A DNA stretch of 62,326 bases, counting the filler, from Sphacelaria rigidula (Eukaryota), in the NCBI GenBank assembly GCA_964200075.2. It is 9 parts of 9 records of this genome, joined end to end, with 100 filler letters (N's around TTAATTAATTAA, not from the genome) between each part and the next. Parts side by side here need not be neighbours in the genome. Positions count along the whole stretch, not along the records: positions 1 to 6,837 come from CAXNAA020017832.1; positions 6,938 to 13,774 come from CAXNAA020017833.1; 7 more parts are not named here. One strand, given 5' to 3'. Within the stretch, counting starts at the first letter, position 1, and each line of letters opens with the position of its first letter. A program made the translations under genes and the position numbers. The notes below the pieces were generated by a model, which was not told the origin of the DNA, did not search any database, and saw only the letters and a program-made list of their open reading frames with translations. This document shows, piece by piece, positions 1 to 12,135 of the stretch.

Positions 1-63
1 CTCAGAGCTTGTGCTGCGGCGCCTTTGGTGTGGGTGTGGATGTGGGGGGGGGGTCTGTGGGTT

Positions 64-180
64 GGGGGCGTACTCATTCCTTGATTGCCCTAGTCGTTTC
101 ACTATTGACCTTTCGAGACGGGGCGTGGTCAATGGTCCAATGACTAAGGCAAGCAACAATGAGTACGCCGCCCCCTCCCC
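64..180. repeat. Short TIR-type repeat (GGGG..GTACTCAT...ATGAGTAC..CCCC). Related copies near 6985-7080, 27880-27970, 34765-34860; a variant at 41485-41519 and 55335-55391
   Basis: Inverted ends ggggcgtactcat / atgagtacgccgcccc here. The shared core gtactcatttgttgcttgccttrgtcgtttgaccattgacc occurs in several independent contigs. Confidence 0.7.
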
Positions 181-2025
181 CGGTATCGATCGAAGGCACT
201 TGCGGACGGTACTTCCCTTGGGTTTTTGTCGCATACTGGCTAGCTCCTCAAACCTCATTTCATTGATCAACCTCATTTTATAGAATCTCCTGTTGGATGG
301 TTCATGATGGGATGGTGATTTTGTCATATATGTGGGAAGAAAAATCTACAGGGTAACTACGTCAAGTCTGGACTTGGCTGGGACGCCGGGCGCACGTGGA
401 AATGTCTTGAAACCCCTTCGGTTGCCAACAAATCCACACTTTAGAATGAAAAAACACCACAAAGCTACGTTGAGTTCTGGGGAAATGGAGAAAGCTCGCG
501 GTGCTGCTGGTAGCGCTGCTGCTGCTTCTGCTTCTACGAGGAACGGTTATTAGGTGCATAGTTATTTTTGCCAAGATTTATTCAGAATGCAGTCGGGGCG
601 GTGATGGCTCCACTATTAATACCTGAAATGATCAGATCTCCGCGGTGGGCATTCTATATGCTACGAGCTTTTGTCAGTCACCAGGTAGAGTTGTCGATGG
701 CAAAACACTGTTGACGTTGTCGTAGAGATGTTCCACGACAGTCATGGACTGCTGCTGGGAGAGGTGCGGCAGCAACCGCCGGGTGCGGCAGACATCGTGT
801 AATGTTACGGCAGCAGGAACGCATGGGTCTTGTCGATGTTCATCGAACATCCCATGTGCTCAATGGTGGTGGATAATACACTAGAGCTCTGCAGAGTTCG
901 AAGATTGAACTAATCTGCGCATTGTCGATGCTCCGCTCATGAGCCACAAGAAGATATTCCAGATCCATTTTTGCAATGCCGAACTAGTCGAGTGTTTAAC
1001 TCTTCCAGCATTTCACTGGTAGTTGAACCTGTAGTCCCGGTGAGTCGGTAGACAGCAGCGCACTGCCAACATACGCGAGCAATTGTTGGTTGTGTTTGCC
1101 TGGATTTATGATGGGTTTGGATGTCTATAGTCGGGAAGTCGTATTCCGTATTTCGCGTAGCAGTTGTTGTGCATGTTTCAGCAAGTCCATCGCGTGAAAT
1201 TCACAGTCGCAGATAGCTCAGATATTGTTGGCCTGGAAGTACCACGAAGCCCTGTACTTGTACTAAGTAGACGAACACGACGTGTTAGTACACAACGACC
1301 AGCTTCGACCATTTCCGCTGCGCAGAGCGCAGCTGGGTGCGGCGTGATTCAGACAGCTGGGCCCCGATACGGCACCGCGAATGAGGTTGTTTACGGCTAG
1401 GGCTCGACGTAGGGTTAGGAATGCGCTACTGCGTTTGAGATGGTTGAACTTGGATTCTGAGGCTAGATCTGTTGTTGCAAAGGACCAGGGACGAAATTGA
1501 GGGTGAGGATTGGGCGGCGTTAAACTTGGATTTTGCTACAGGATGTAATATTAGTTGGATTTTGTCATGTAGGAACACACCTGAAGATGGGTCTTCAAGT
1601 GTCTCTCAGTCAGAGAACCACTAAAGTTCTCATTTTGTCCAATTTCTGGATGAATTGACGGGTCAAGTGAGGATCTATTTCGAGCAGCTCTTCTCCTGTT
1701 CAAATTCCAAATCTGCCAGTGTGTATGAGATTTGTACAGTAGAAGAAGCTGCTCGAAAAAACAAAATGCCCTATTTATTTGGGGAAAAAACAATATTTCG
1801 AAAAGCGTCTCTAAACAAACAATCCTGCAGATTTTGTAACAAAATATTTCAAACATTTTAAATTGGGAGTGCCTCGCTAGAGGGTTGCTCACAGTGTGTC
1901 GAGAAAAGCGCTATACAGAATGCTGGTAGAGGTACTAGGGTTTGCAAATACCATACAGGGATTCCCACAAAGACTGTAAAGAATCCTGTGCAGCGCGTGC
2001 TACAGGGTGCTATCTGTCCAAGTGT

Positions 2026-2156
2026 GTTGTTCGGTCCGAAGCGTACTGAGAATCTTGCATATGGATGACAGCCTACATTGAGTGTTTCATTCCCTGGTAT
2101 GGCCACTTCCAGAGACAGCCGCGGGTTCCACACTGCCTCATGGGGTGTCTCACCAT
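2026..2156 (+). repeat. Dispersed repeat with core TGGTATCGCCACTTCCAGAGACAGCC. Copies at 20812-20945 (+), 34684-34752 (+), 48348-48455 (-)
   Basis: Four alignable copies in four contigs; three abut a contig end. Confidence 0.8.
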
Positions 2157-3399
2157 TTAAGCACTGCTTAGTACGATCATCACCTTTGTGCAGAATTGAG
2201 GATTTCCTCTCCGCACGATATCATCTAGCACGACCATCATCATGGTTACCGCAAAGAAACGCAAGCGAAAAATGCGGTGACCCAGTTACCTAGCTCACGC
2301 TGTGAGCGGCGCCTATTACGGCGCCGTTACCAACCGACGTCAACTCTCAAAAGGAAAAAGGGGGAAAGGGGGCAGGCAAAACAAGGGGAAGGGGCTTAAG
2401 CCGAAGGCGTGTGCGGTTCCCGGTTAGACATGAACCCTCACATGATACTACGAACATCCGTACTGATTGCGGTCAGTAGGCCTGCACCACCCTCGTGCCA
2501 TACGGTAGGGGGACGTATGCCATAGCCGGCTGTCCATGCATAATAATGCAGTGTGTGCTGCCGGCTCAGTGATATCACGATGACTGTCCCCGCCAAAGCT
2601 CCATTCTCAACCGCTCAACCCTTTGGGAAGCCTCTCCTCCCGCCCCCGGGCCAGACGCCTCATTTTGTCAAGCCCTAACAAAGAAGAAAACACGTTAGCA
2701 GAAAACCCCAACGACGACAATTCAACTGGGAAATATCAAAGAAGAATCCACCAGGACACGCCACGGGTGCACGAAAAATGTCCCCCCCGACGAGTTCAAG
2801 TAGAGTTTATCCAATCATACTACGCAGAGGGGAAAATCGAATTGTATGCATCGATGAGAAGCCACAAACACGCTATAAAACTGACTATACACAAAGCAGC
2901 ACGGGGTTCCGGGCTCCGACTCGGCATATCTGTACATCAGCCACTGTTTAAAAGTGAAGCACCGTTTTGGTGGGCTGCATCATTAGGTGGCGGGTATGCT
3001 GTGAGTATGCTGAGAATAATCGACCACATCTTCTTCAAAAACCACCACTTGCAAATATTCAATTTCCCATTACTAGTCCAGAAGGATTAAGGGTGCTCTC
3101 GATGCACAAGAATTGGTGGTATCTCACTCTACATTTTGATCTGGACGTTTTGTCGAATCATCAAGCATGACAGTTCCAAACCCACAGAAGGGATACCTCA
3201 ATACCTGGGTGCCAGGGGGGCTGTCGTATCGTAGTGAAAGGTAGTTTTGCGAAACACGATTAGCCATTCGCGCTGTGATTAGTCGCTGCGATGCCACCCA
3301 AAAAAATGATAATATGCCACAAAAAATATGAACGAAGCATTTTCGTACTGGTTGAATTTTTTGGACTGATACCTCCTAAGCGAATCTCGTTGGTAAAGA

Positions 3400-4400
3400 T
3401 GAACGTACCGACTGTAGACGTCGAGTCCCGAGATTTGGCAAGGACATCGAGCGACATCGAGCAACAAGCCCTGCGTGAGCTTGAGACGCTCACTACCCAC
3501 GGCAATAAAAACGCAGGTGAAGCACTAGCAGCTGATCAGCGGGAACGATGTGTTCACCTTGAGAGAGGTGTGCCTAAGTTGAATGGCTGTAATTTTGTTT
3601 TGCACCACGCGCGATCAGCACACACGAGCAGTGAATGATGACAGCATCCGCAAAAGTCCTTCGCCGCATGTGGAGCTACGTTCTTCCCATAGTAAAAAGA
3701 TTTCAGCACATAACGACGACGGCATATCTGCACATGATCAAGGCACGGGTGGTCACTGGGGTCTGTAACCTGGCCATTTTGGGACCTTATCCACCTTTGG
3801 CAAGGTCCGCGGGTTGCGTAGACAACTGAAGAGCATTCGCACAGCATGGACAGGATCGAAACAAAACATGTCCCAGTCTATAGGCGGGTGACTCCCCTGT
3901 AGACTGGAACATTCTTTGTTTCGAACCTGTCCATGCTGTGCGAATGCTCTTCAGTTGTCTACCCAACCTGCGGACCTTGCCAAAGGTGGATAAGGTCCCA
4001 AAATGGCCAGGTTACAGATCCCAGTGGCCACCCGTGGGGCTGCTGAACACCAGCGATAAAACGCACGTATGGTACGGGCATCTGTGAGCGATGTTTTTAG
4101 ACACGTTTTGGGGTTACCTGCTGACACCTGTTGGACCAACACGACGTCAAAACCCAGGGAGCACCAATACCGCCAAGTTTCATATGGATCTGGACAAAAC
4201 ACCTGTTTTCACTGCGACTCTAAGTTGGCCTCTATAGAAGAAGGAGTTTATACCCATCAAAGCTTTTGGGTAGCGTCGATGCGCCTGAGTAAAATAGGTT
4301 CTAAAGGTGATACTATCGTGGAATAACCACTCGGGTGCTAGACCGTACACAAGGATCCAAGAGACAACTGTGCGACGGAAGGCGACGATGTTTTTCGTCA
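3400..4400 (+). pseudogene. Decayed ORF interrupted by a foldback element; possible 2OG-Fe(II) dioxygenase-like relic
   Basis: ORF pieces 3291-3638, 3635-3743 and 4039-4326. Removing the palindrome plus 3 nt rejoins ...HMIK-AAEHQR in frame. Motif YGSGQNTCFHCD...FWVASMRL resembles the AlkB-type Y..G....HxD...IASLSL pattern. Stops and frameshifts are present. Confidence 0.3.
3744..4036. mobile_element. Foldback MITE (293 bp, near-perfect palindrome, CACGGG...CCCGTG ends)
   Basis: Arms cacgggtggtcactgggg...cagtcta and tagactgg...ccagtggccacccgtg are reverse complements with few mismatches. Flanks agg/ggg could be an imperfect 3-bp TSD. Confidence 0.9.
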
Positions 4401-4741
4401 AATCGCCCATGGCAGATTGTCGTGGAGAAATGTGGGTTGTATAGGACAGGGTGCGGAATAGAGGATAAGAGTATCATTTTGATTGGTCATGCAGACCGAC
4501 ACGGTGTTTGGTGCTTCTTGTCTTGGCCGTAGTGCTGGAGATATGGCGGTCCGTATGCATGCCTGTCCCGTTGAGTACAGCCTCAGCCGCGTTTTGGGCA
4601 CTGCCTGGTAGTTGTTGCGCTCATGATCCGTTTCAGTATTTGGCGTATATGCCCGCCCTTGGGCGTATATCTTACGCGCCTTGGTCATGGGCGAAATTTT
4701 CTGTCACCGTGCATATAACGCGCATTTTCACGTAGCAGGGG

Positions 4742-4954
4742 ATACAACGCGTGAGCGGACCGCGTGCCTTTTGGACCGCATCGGATTTTCAACACCCCAA
4801 TGTTCAGGGGTAAGGTTAGAGTTAAGGTCAGGGTTAGGGTCAGGGGCGCGGTCGCTGCAGGGGCTGGCCCGAGCGATCTTGAAAAACGCCGGTCCCGGGG
4901 TCTTTTGAACTTTGATGCGATCCAGAAAGCATGCGGTTCGCTCACGCATTACAG
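4742..4954. mobile_element. MITE with TIR CTGTAATGCGTGAGAGGACCGCGTGC and internal TTAGGG-like repeats
   Basis: Inverted ends shared with copies at 21918-22076 and 47477-47634. Interior ggttagagttaaggtcagggttagggtcaggg. Confidence 0.8.
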
Positions 4955-5062
4955 GAGCACCGGGGAACGACGTATTTGCATACCTAGCTAACCCCAACCA
5001 CGATACAGCCAACGCATGGGAGAGAGTGGCATGACCCACAGACTAGTCTGCGTTTCATCTCA

Positions 5063-6420
5063 GTGGTGATGCAACGTCCAGTCCAGCAGTGGGTCACGTC
5101 AACAGTGCTGCCCTCCAACCTCAATCCTGGAGCTGCGGATTTTTATCCTGTACTAAGAGACAAACTCAACGCCGCAACTGCAGAGTTTTACCCGAAGTTG
5201 GAACACTGTCACGGGAATCACGTCGATGGAGATGAGTCACGTGTGAACAAATACCAGATTCGGCGGACTGGAGGAACTAGCGGCCGACGCGGGCTGGGAA
5301 GGCTGTACCGTCCCCGCGAAACCAAAACGGAAGGCAAGTACCATGACCGACGTGCCGAAGAGAAACTGGAAGAGATGCAATAATCTTGAACGTGAAATTT
5401 GAAGGCGAAAGAGCCTGAAAAGAAGGATAGAACAAAGAGAAAGACGTGTAAATGTAGAAAAGACTGGAGATGGGTCGCGTTCGCGGGAGCTCAAAGTGGC
5501 AACCTATAACATCTGTACACTGATCCTCATGGCACAAAAAGGGGCTGGCCATGCTGGGATGGTGTTGCAAAAATTTCAGAAATGTCGCATGTGACGTCAT
5601 CAGACCGCAGGAAAGAAGAGCGGGCTGCACAGAGTTCGTTGCGGCAAGATAGCGTGTCTTCTGCTGCGGCGCGGAAAGGGGCTAGGAAAGGGCTGGTCAA
5701 CATGGGGTCGGGTTGGCGGTGAAAGAGTAGATCGTCAATAGGGCGAGACAGACTCGGGCACTCATCAGCAAACGCCTCATGTCGGTGACGTTCAACCTCC
5801 GAGCAGATCAAATGCTGCTACGTTTGTAGTCGCTCATGTCCCTATAGACACATCAAAGTCGAGAGAAGAGAGATGAGTAATGGCACGGTAGAGGTGCACT
5901 TTTTGGGTCAGAACGTATCTGAGGCTACACACTAAGCCCATATACTTTTCATCAAAAGTATTCTAAAACAAAGAGTCGCCGAAAGAAAAGGTGTGCACCT
6001 ACCGTGGTATTGCTCGGATATGTTCTGTGATGAGTTTTGGACAGCACTGTGAACCGAGTACCATGCAAACACCACCTGTTTATTCCAATGGACGCTAACG
6101 CTAAGACTGGGGTACAAACGGGTGAGGAGTCATGGAAAATTGTGGGATCATACGGGTGGGATTCCCAATCTAACGACTGTAACGGCACCTCTCTACCGCA
6201 ACTTGCAGGTATCAACAGGCTTGCCCTGGTCAACGCATTTTCTTCACCCCAAAGGGGAGCACATACATCGCGTACGTTCAACGGTAATGAGGCTCGTGCC
6301 GCGGAAAAAAAGGCATTGACTACATCCTCATACGGCAAGATCACCGCAGACTTGTCTACAATGTCACCGTTTGCCTTCAACCACCCAACTCGCCGGGTTC
6401 TGACCACATTATAAAGTGAT
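5063..6420 (+). mobile_element. Degenerate non-LTR retrotransposon (LINE, RTE-like): N-terminal region plus APE endonuclease
   Basis: APE motifs appear in order across frameshifts: LKVATYNICTL (5490), CDVIRPQE, GQHGVGLAVKE, ISKRLM, TFVVAHVP, HLFIPMDANAKTG, NDCNG..LALVNAF, IDYIL, SDH. Confidence 0.85.
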
Positions 6421-6837
6421 GCTACTAGCCGAGGGGCGCGCGCGCGGGGGGGGGGGGGGGCATTCCACGAACAGGAGCTCACAGGTGTGTCAGACGATCT
6501 AACTACTCGCGGTGCGTTTGTATGTGAGTGAGAATGGTTCCAGTGGTATGAATGAGCCTATCGTATTGGTAGCGAGCGTGTTTGAACAAATGTCGCTGCT
6601 TTCAACGACCATTCGGGGTGAAAATTCGTAGAGTAAATGCCCCAATATTCTTCCCCCCCCCCCCGCATCGGTAGACCTACCAGAAAGAAGAAATAAACCA
6701 GTCGTCGAAAAGACGAGGAAGAAGATGGACAGAATTACCTCTGTGACAAAGCAATAGAGAGCAGAAGTCATATAGTGGCAGAATGTGAACTATACAAGGG
6801 GGAGCGGGACATGCTAGCGGGGGAAATGCGAGACGTG

Positions 6838-6937
6838 NNNNNNNNNNNNNNNNNNNNNNNNNNNNNNNNNNNNNNNNNNNNTTAATTAATTAANNNNNNN
6901 NNNNNNNNNNNNNNNNNNNNNNNNNNNNNNNNNNNNN
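6838..6937. other. Artificial contig linker (N44-TTAATTAATTAA-N44). Same linker at 13775-13874, 20712-20811, 27648-27747, 34584-34683, 41520-41619, 48456-48555, 55392-55491
   Basis: Identical 100-nt block with an all-frame stop core. It recurs every 6936-6937 nt and separates contigs of 6837-6835 nt in decreasing size order. Confidence 0.98.
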
Positions 6938-7267
6938 GGCGGGGGGAAGGGGGGGGCGGGGGGGGGGGGGGTGGGGGGGGGGGGGGGGGGGAGCGTACTC
7001 ATTTGTTGCTTGCCTTGGTCGTTTGACCATTGACCGCGCATCCCTTCCGAGACGGAACACCGTTCCTACTGCTGATAGAGGGGCGGACGGGTGTGTGTGT
7101 GAAAGAGGGAGATATGGGTGTGCGAGGTCCACTTCTTCGTATACCCAAGCTCTGCTGCGAAATATATCGAAGCTAATTCCTGTGGTGCGGATATAGTGTA
7201 CTGTCTATTGCAAGTAGTACCCATTGTCACGAGCTGTGCAAGGTGTGATCCATCCTCAGTGACGATG

Positions 7268-7365
7268 ACTATCGACCGCCGACTCCGACAGTCTGTTGTC
7301 GACGACAGTGGTTATCGACAGTCGACTCCGATAGTCTGTTGTTGACGGCAATGGCTATCGACAAT
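7268..7365. repeat. About 44-bp tandem duplication (tatcgac..cgactccgayagtctgttgt..gac)
   Basis: Two adjacent similar units are visible directly. Confidence 0.65.
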
Positions 7366-8224
7366 CTACGTTGTCAGTCTATCGTGGGCCGGGATGGACG
7401 TTGATAGTCGAGGGCTGGTAAATCGGCTTCAGTGCACCATTGTTGGGACAGATGCCTATCGCCACTGCTTTTCGGGGATATATTATTTCGAACAATAACA
7501 ATCGATGACGAAGTCCACCGCTCCATTGTTACCACAACGATGTATCGTGACTCTTACCTCATTTATGTTGTCGACAACAAGGTCTACCCAAAGACGACTG
7601 GCGGCGTCTAATGTCGCCGGCAAAGGCCATTGTCAACCATTTTTCGGGGGCTATTACAGTGGCAATGTTCTATTACATGGTTGTACTGTCCAGGATACAA
7701 GCAGATTCCACTCGCACACACAGCCCCCTCTCGACTTGCTACAGGCAACAAGGCTAACGCTCTGGGATTTCAAGATTAAAGTAGAAAAACTATCAAGCAC
7801 CCACATCACTAACCGAAATATCTAGCTTACCGCTTTGTCGTTCTGGCCACTGACGTCAAAGTTCTGGCGCATGAGTGACAGGAACTCACGAACGGTAGGG
7901 TGCTCCCCAAGATTGAATCGGGAAGCCGCGTCGATCGGAAATGCTCTGACGAAACGAAACGTCAAGTATCTTGGGGGATTTGTCCGGAATAGTTGACTAT
8001 TCCGTGCTGCCTTCAGGTTATTTTGGACCTCGATAGCCCTGCACATCACCGAAGATACAGAGAACGATGAAACCGTGGCGTATATGTGGGGGAAACCGGG
8101 CATGTGTCGCATGGCGCAGGTCATTGAAACGCAAACAGCGCGAGTTATCAGAAACATAGCAAGCACATCAGCCGCAGCTAGGATAGTAACGTGTGGGCAC
8201 AAATTCAACGAAAACGCACACCTA

Positions 8225-8898
8225 CAGTAATATACACACTGAACCGTGTTCTAGGCACGCGGAACTACCAATAGCAGAGATGGGATGGCACTCACTTTGC
8301 ATTCGTCACCTGTGTTCGCGCGCTCTTGATGTTGTTTTGTTTGTCGAGGTGAGTCGTGGCGCTCGAGGTCTGCTTGCTTCATATTTTGATCATCTTCCGT
8401 TTTTTGCGACACTTCTCATCCGCCTGACGCGAGAAGAGCTGTCCCCTCTCAACCGGCTTCCCCTTCTCATCGTAAGTCCATTGCTCTTCTGGTTCAGCGT
8501 CCGACCTCACGCCCCGAAAATGAATGACGCTAGGGCTTCGACTGTTCGGCCGTGCAATATAAGAGGCTTGCACGCCCGAACAGTCGGGGTCCCAGTGTCA
8601 TCCATCCTTGGGGCGTGAGGTCAAACGCTAAACCAGAAGAGGAATGAACTTACGATGACAAGGGGAAGCCGGTAGAGAGGGAACAGCTCTTCTTGTGTCA
8701 GGCGAATGAGGAGTGCCGCAATGAACGGAGGATGATCAAAATATGAAGCAAGCAGACCTCGAGCGCCGCGACGCACCTCGACAAACAGCACAACATCCAG
8801 CGTGCACGAGCATAGTTGGCGAATGAGAAGTGGGTGTCACCTCATCTCTGCGATTGGTAGTCCCTCGCGCCTAGAGGACGGGTCAGTGTACGTTACTG
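8225..8898. mobile_element. 674-bp foldback element with CAGT...ACTG termini and TA target duplication (Tc1/mariner-type MITE ends)
   Basis: TA|CAGTAA at 8223-8230 and TTACTG|TA at 8893-8900. Arms about 8225-8556 and 8568-8898 are diverged reverse complements around an 11-nt loop. Confidence 0.88.
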
Positions 8899-9820
8899 TA
8901 ACGGAACAAAACGGATTTATATGAGAAAACAAGCCCGTCAACATCGGCCCTTGATAGTCTGGGAAAGGTCGCTGGAGAAATAGGGCGGAGGGCTCACCCC
9001 GGGGACTAGTTTCCAGAAAATGCAGTGTTGGAAGTCCCGCCTCACAGTAGTTACTGAAAAAATCCGGGGGATTTGTACATCCAGAGTCATCGTCTACTTT
9101 CTTTTCGTGCGTCACATGCTGTAGAGTAAGATGTAATCGCGTCCGGTACAGTAGCGACTTCCGCTGTTATATCAAGTAGGAAGGACACCCCTTACTCCAA
9201 CCGACCGCAGCTTCGTACAGAAGTCGTGCTATACCGTGCACAATGAAGTCACGTGGCAGTCAGAAGTACGTGACAAGTCATGAAGTGGTTGCACGGAGTG
9301 CTGCGACAGCTATACTTTTGCTACAGCACCGGTCACGGTAGTTTTTCATGACAACTGGCCCTACACACATTCGCGCTTTGAAAGGTGCCTCTGAAACCCC
9401 ACCTGCCGAAATTTTGCTGTGATTTGTACCGATCATGAAAAGCAGCACAGTGCACAAAATGTTTTTTACACTCTCCGCCGAAGCGCTATGCCTCTTCGGT
9501 CGAGTCGATGCGCATCAATTTTTGATCGAAAAAGTACCGTGGAAAACGACGATTTCGAGCTGATTGTTTGTGACTTGGACACGTAGTATCGTCATCATAC
9601 ACTACGATAGCTGAGTTATACTAGCAAGGTGGAATTATGCCTAATGTTTCGCTAGCACAGTCGGGGCGGGCCGTGTCTGAGCACATCGTTTTCCAACCGA
9701 AAAAGTGCAGTGGGAAACAGGAATTCCGATCTGATACATCGTGGTTTCAGCCATCGTCAAAATAAAGGACGATGGTTGAAATCACAACCAAGAATTCGAT
9801 CGATAAATAACGTGCGAAGA

Positions 9821-11007
9821 CCATTTTTTAGGGCAGCCACAAACCTCGATCTGCACGCAGATCGGGGGAACTCAAATTGGGAAACGCCTATTATGGATCC
9901 TAATTTAACCGGAATCAGGGAAGCTCAGATTCGTATGTAACGAGTCAAGAATGTTTTCCCCCGAATTTGAGCGCAGATCGGGGGAAAATCGAGGTTCCCC
10001 GAATCTGTAGGAAGTGACGTACGTACATTGACGTACTCTGATAGGGCAACATGCGTTTGTTATGTTTGCAACCGCAGCAGGAAACAGTCTCGTGACAGCA
10101 TAGGCCGTGCCTGCCAGCGCCAGCTACTGGAGCAGCTTCGCACGGGGTTTGACAAGCAGTGTTGACGCCGTACTCTGCGGCGATGGTAGTATATTATGCT
10201 GCACCGCGTCGCTGTATGTATCATCAAAACGAACGGTACTGTAATGTCCTCCTCTGCTGTCGCTATACATGCAGGGTGATGAATGACACTGCACTCGTGA
10301 ACTCTTGTCGCACACTGCGCACTGTTCTCGCACTACCGGCTGTGGGTTGTCACCCCATCTGTCTTGGACGCCAGTTCACACCTTTCGGTATATGTGGGCG
10401 CACCAGCCGGGATCACACCGGAGGAAGGCCAACAATGGAGTTTTTTTTCTTTTTTATTTGTTTCAGTTCTCCACCTTCCTTCTGCGGTGCTTGCCCTTCT
10501 TTTTCATCGCGAGAGGGGTTCAGCACTCCCTTTCCCTCGTCGATCGTGAAGTCGAATTTTTGTGTCCCCACGACATCGTCGTTCTCCATTGTGTGAGAAA
10601 AAGTCCCCGATCGTGTGACTGCACCGAGTTTCGAACCCACGACCCAAGCGTCAGGAGGTTTTGAGGTTATCGACTGAGCCACCGGGGCGACCGGCTTGCC
10701 ACTGTACTGCCATCTATCACCACACGGCATTATCGTGTACTGTGATGGTGGAGGATACTGCACTACATTACACCCTGGAGTTACCACGGCACGACGCTGC
10801 TCTTGAAGGATGATTCACTGCACCCCTGCTCTTCGGCTTCACTGTGATACTACACCCCTGCCCTGTACGAAACTATGCCAACAAATCTGTGAAACCATAG
10901 CATGATGATGGGGTACATACGGATCTGACTTTCGGGAATCTGAGTCCCCCCGATTTGGTACAGATTGGGGTCCCGCCAGATTCGGGATTGGTTCCCATAA
11001 AAAATGG
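9821..11007. mobile_element. Probable old non-autonomous DNA element with degenerate TIRs and CAGATCGGGGG subterminal motifs, hosting a SINE
   Basis: ccattttttagggcagcca..cagatcgggggaactcaaatt on the left mirrors aatctgagtccccccgattt..tggttcccataaaaaatgg on the right. Confidence 0.45.
10340..10695 (-). mobile_element. tRNA-derived SINE
   Basis: The minus-strand head gccggtcgccccggTGGCTCAGTCGATaacc...gtgGGTTCGAAACtcgg has Pol III A and B boxes. Body copies occur at 35250-36020. Confidence 0.8.
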
Positions 11008-11414
11008 CGAAGGATACGCCTTCAGCGAAATCCTAATCAACACACACCATCAGTAATGCGGTTCGGCAGGGAAAATCAACCCCTGTGCTGTGATTTCATC
11101 CACTCTATCCCGGACGCCAGTGTACGTATTTTGATGAAAGTGGGAGCATGAGCGCGGGTCACACAGGCGAGAGGGGAGCGAAGGAGTTATTTCGCTTGTT
11201 GTCCAACTTCTTTCCGCGGCGACTATCGCAGGCGCCCTCGAATCATTCGCACCATCACCCGGGACCGTCAAGTCCGATGAAGACAGTATAGTCTAGCAGA
11301 CTCCCGATCCCACAGTCAGCGACCCTTATTGTCAACAATCCTACATAACGTGTGGCCTGCGTCGGCATTCTACCACGGAAATACGACCTCTCGAAATGTG
11401 AACCGGCCTGTCTT

Positions 11415-11735
11415 GCGGCTTCACATTGTTGATTCCCAGGTCTTCATAATATGCAACAAGGACAAACGATTGTTGAACGTTTGTTTAGCAGCCGCTACAG
11501 GTGGCACACAATAGTTACCATCGTGCGGGTTCAGCTTGTCCATTCCCGGGTCTTCGGGATATGCTAAAACAGCAAGCAACTGTTGAACGTTTGTTTGGCA
11601 GCCGCTACAGGTGGCAGATGATAATTACTATCGTGCAGGTTCAGATAGTTAATTTCCAGGGCTTCCGAATATGCAACAACAGCACGCGACTGTTGAACCT
11701 TGCGTCGTTTAGCAGCCGCGACAGGTGGCATGCGA
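11415..11735. repeat. Tandem repeat, about 3 units of ~109 bp
   Basis: Recurrent atatgc..aac..ctgttgaacgtttgttt(a/g)gcagccgctacaggtggca. Confidence 0.85.
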
Positions 11736-12135
11736 TTTCTGGAACTAGGCCGATACATCAGACAGCCCGTTATCCTGTCTCATCATACGTGATAACTAAT
11801 TGATGAGGCCTGCAAATGTTGTCATACCTGGGTGCTTCGTACATGCGAGTTGAAAATCATGGCACCGAGGACAGAATGTAAAAGGATCGTCGACGATTCA
11901 ACAGGTGTGACGTCGTCGCCCCAATAGTTGAGCATCCAGCCGTTGAATGATATCCACGTGGTGGTTGATTGTATCGAAAAGTCACCGGGGGGGGGGCGCC
12001 TTGCAGACTACGAAAGGGCCGACGGCGTCATGTGACAAACAAAAACAGCCCATTACCACCCAACACTATATTGCAAACCCGATGATATCGCATGAGTTCC
12101 GGACGAAACGGGCCTCAGGGCGTGTGAAGACGACG

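Noticed and set aside
5952-6482. 176-aa minus-strand ORF, first considered a Cys-cluster transposase piece
   Set aside because: It is the antisense shadow of the plus-strand LINE endonuclease (MDANAKTG, IDYIL, SDH motifs).
6882-6893. Recurrent TTAATTAATTAA palindrome
   Set aside because: It is an assembly linker embedded in N runs, not biological sequence.
10620-10695. Possible tRNA gene
   Set aside because: A and B boxes are present, but there is no convincing cloverleaf and it is attached to a repeated body, so it is called a SINE head.
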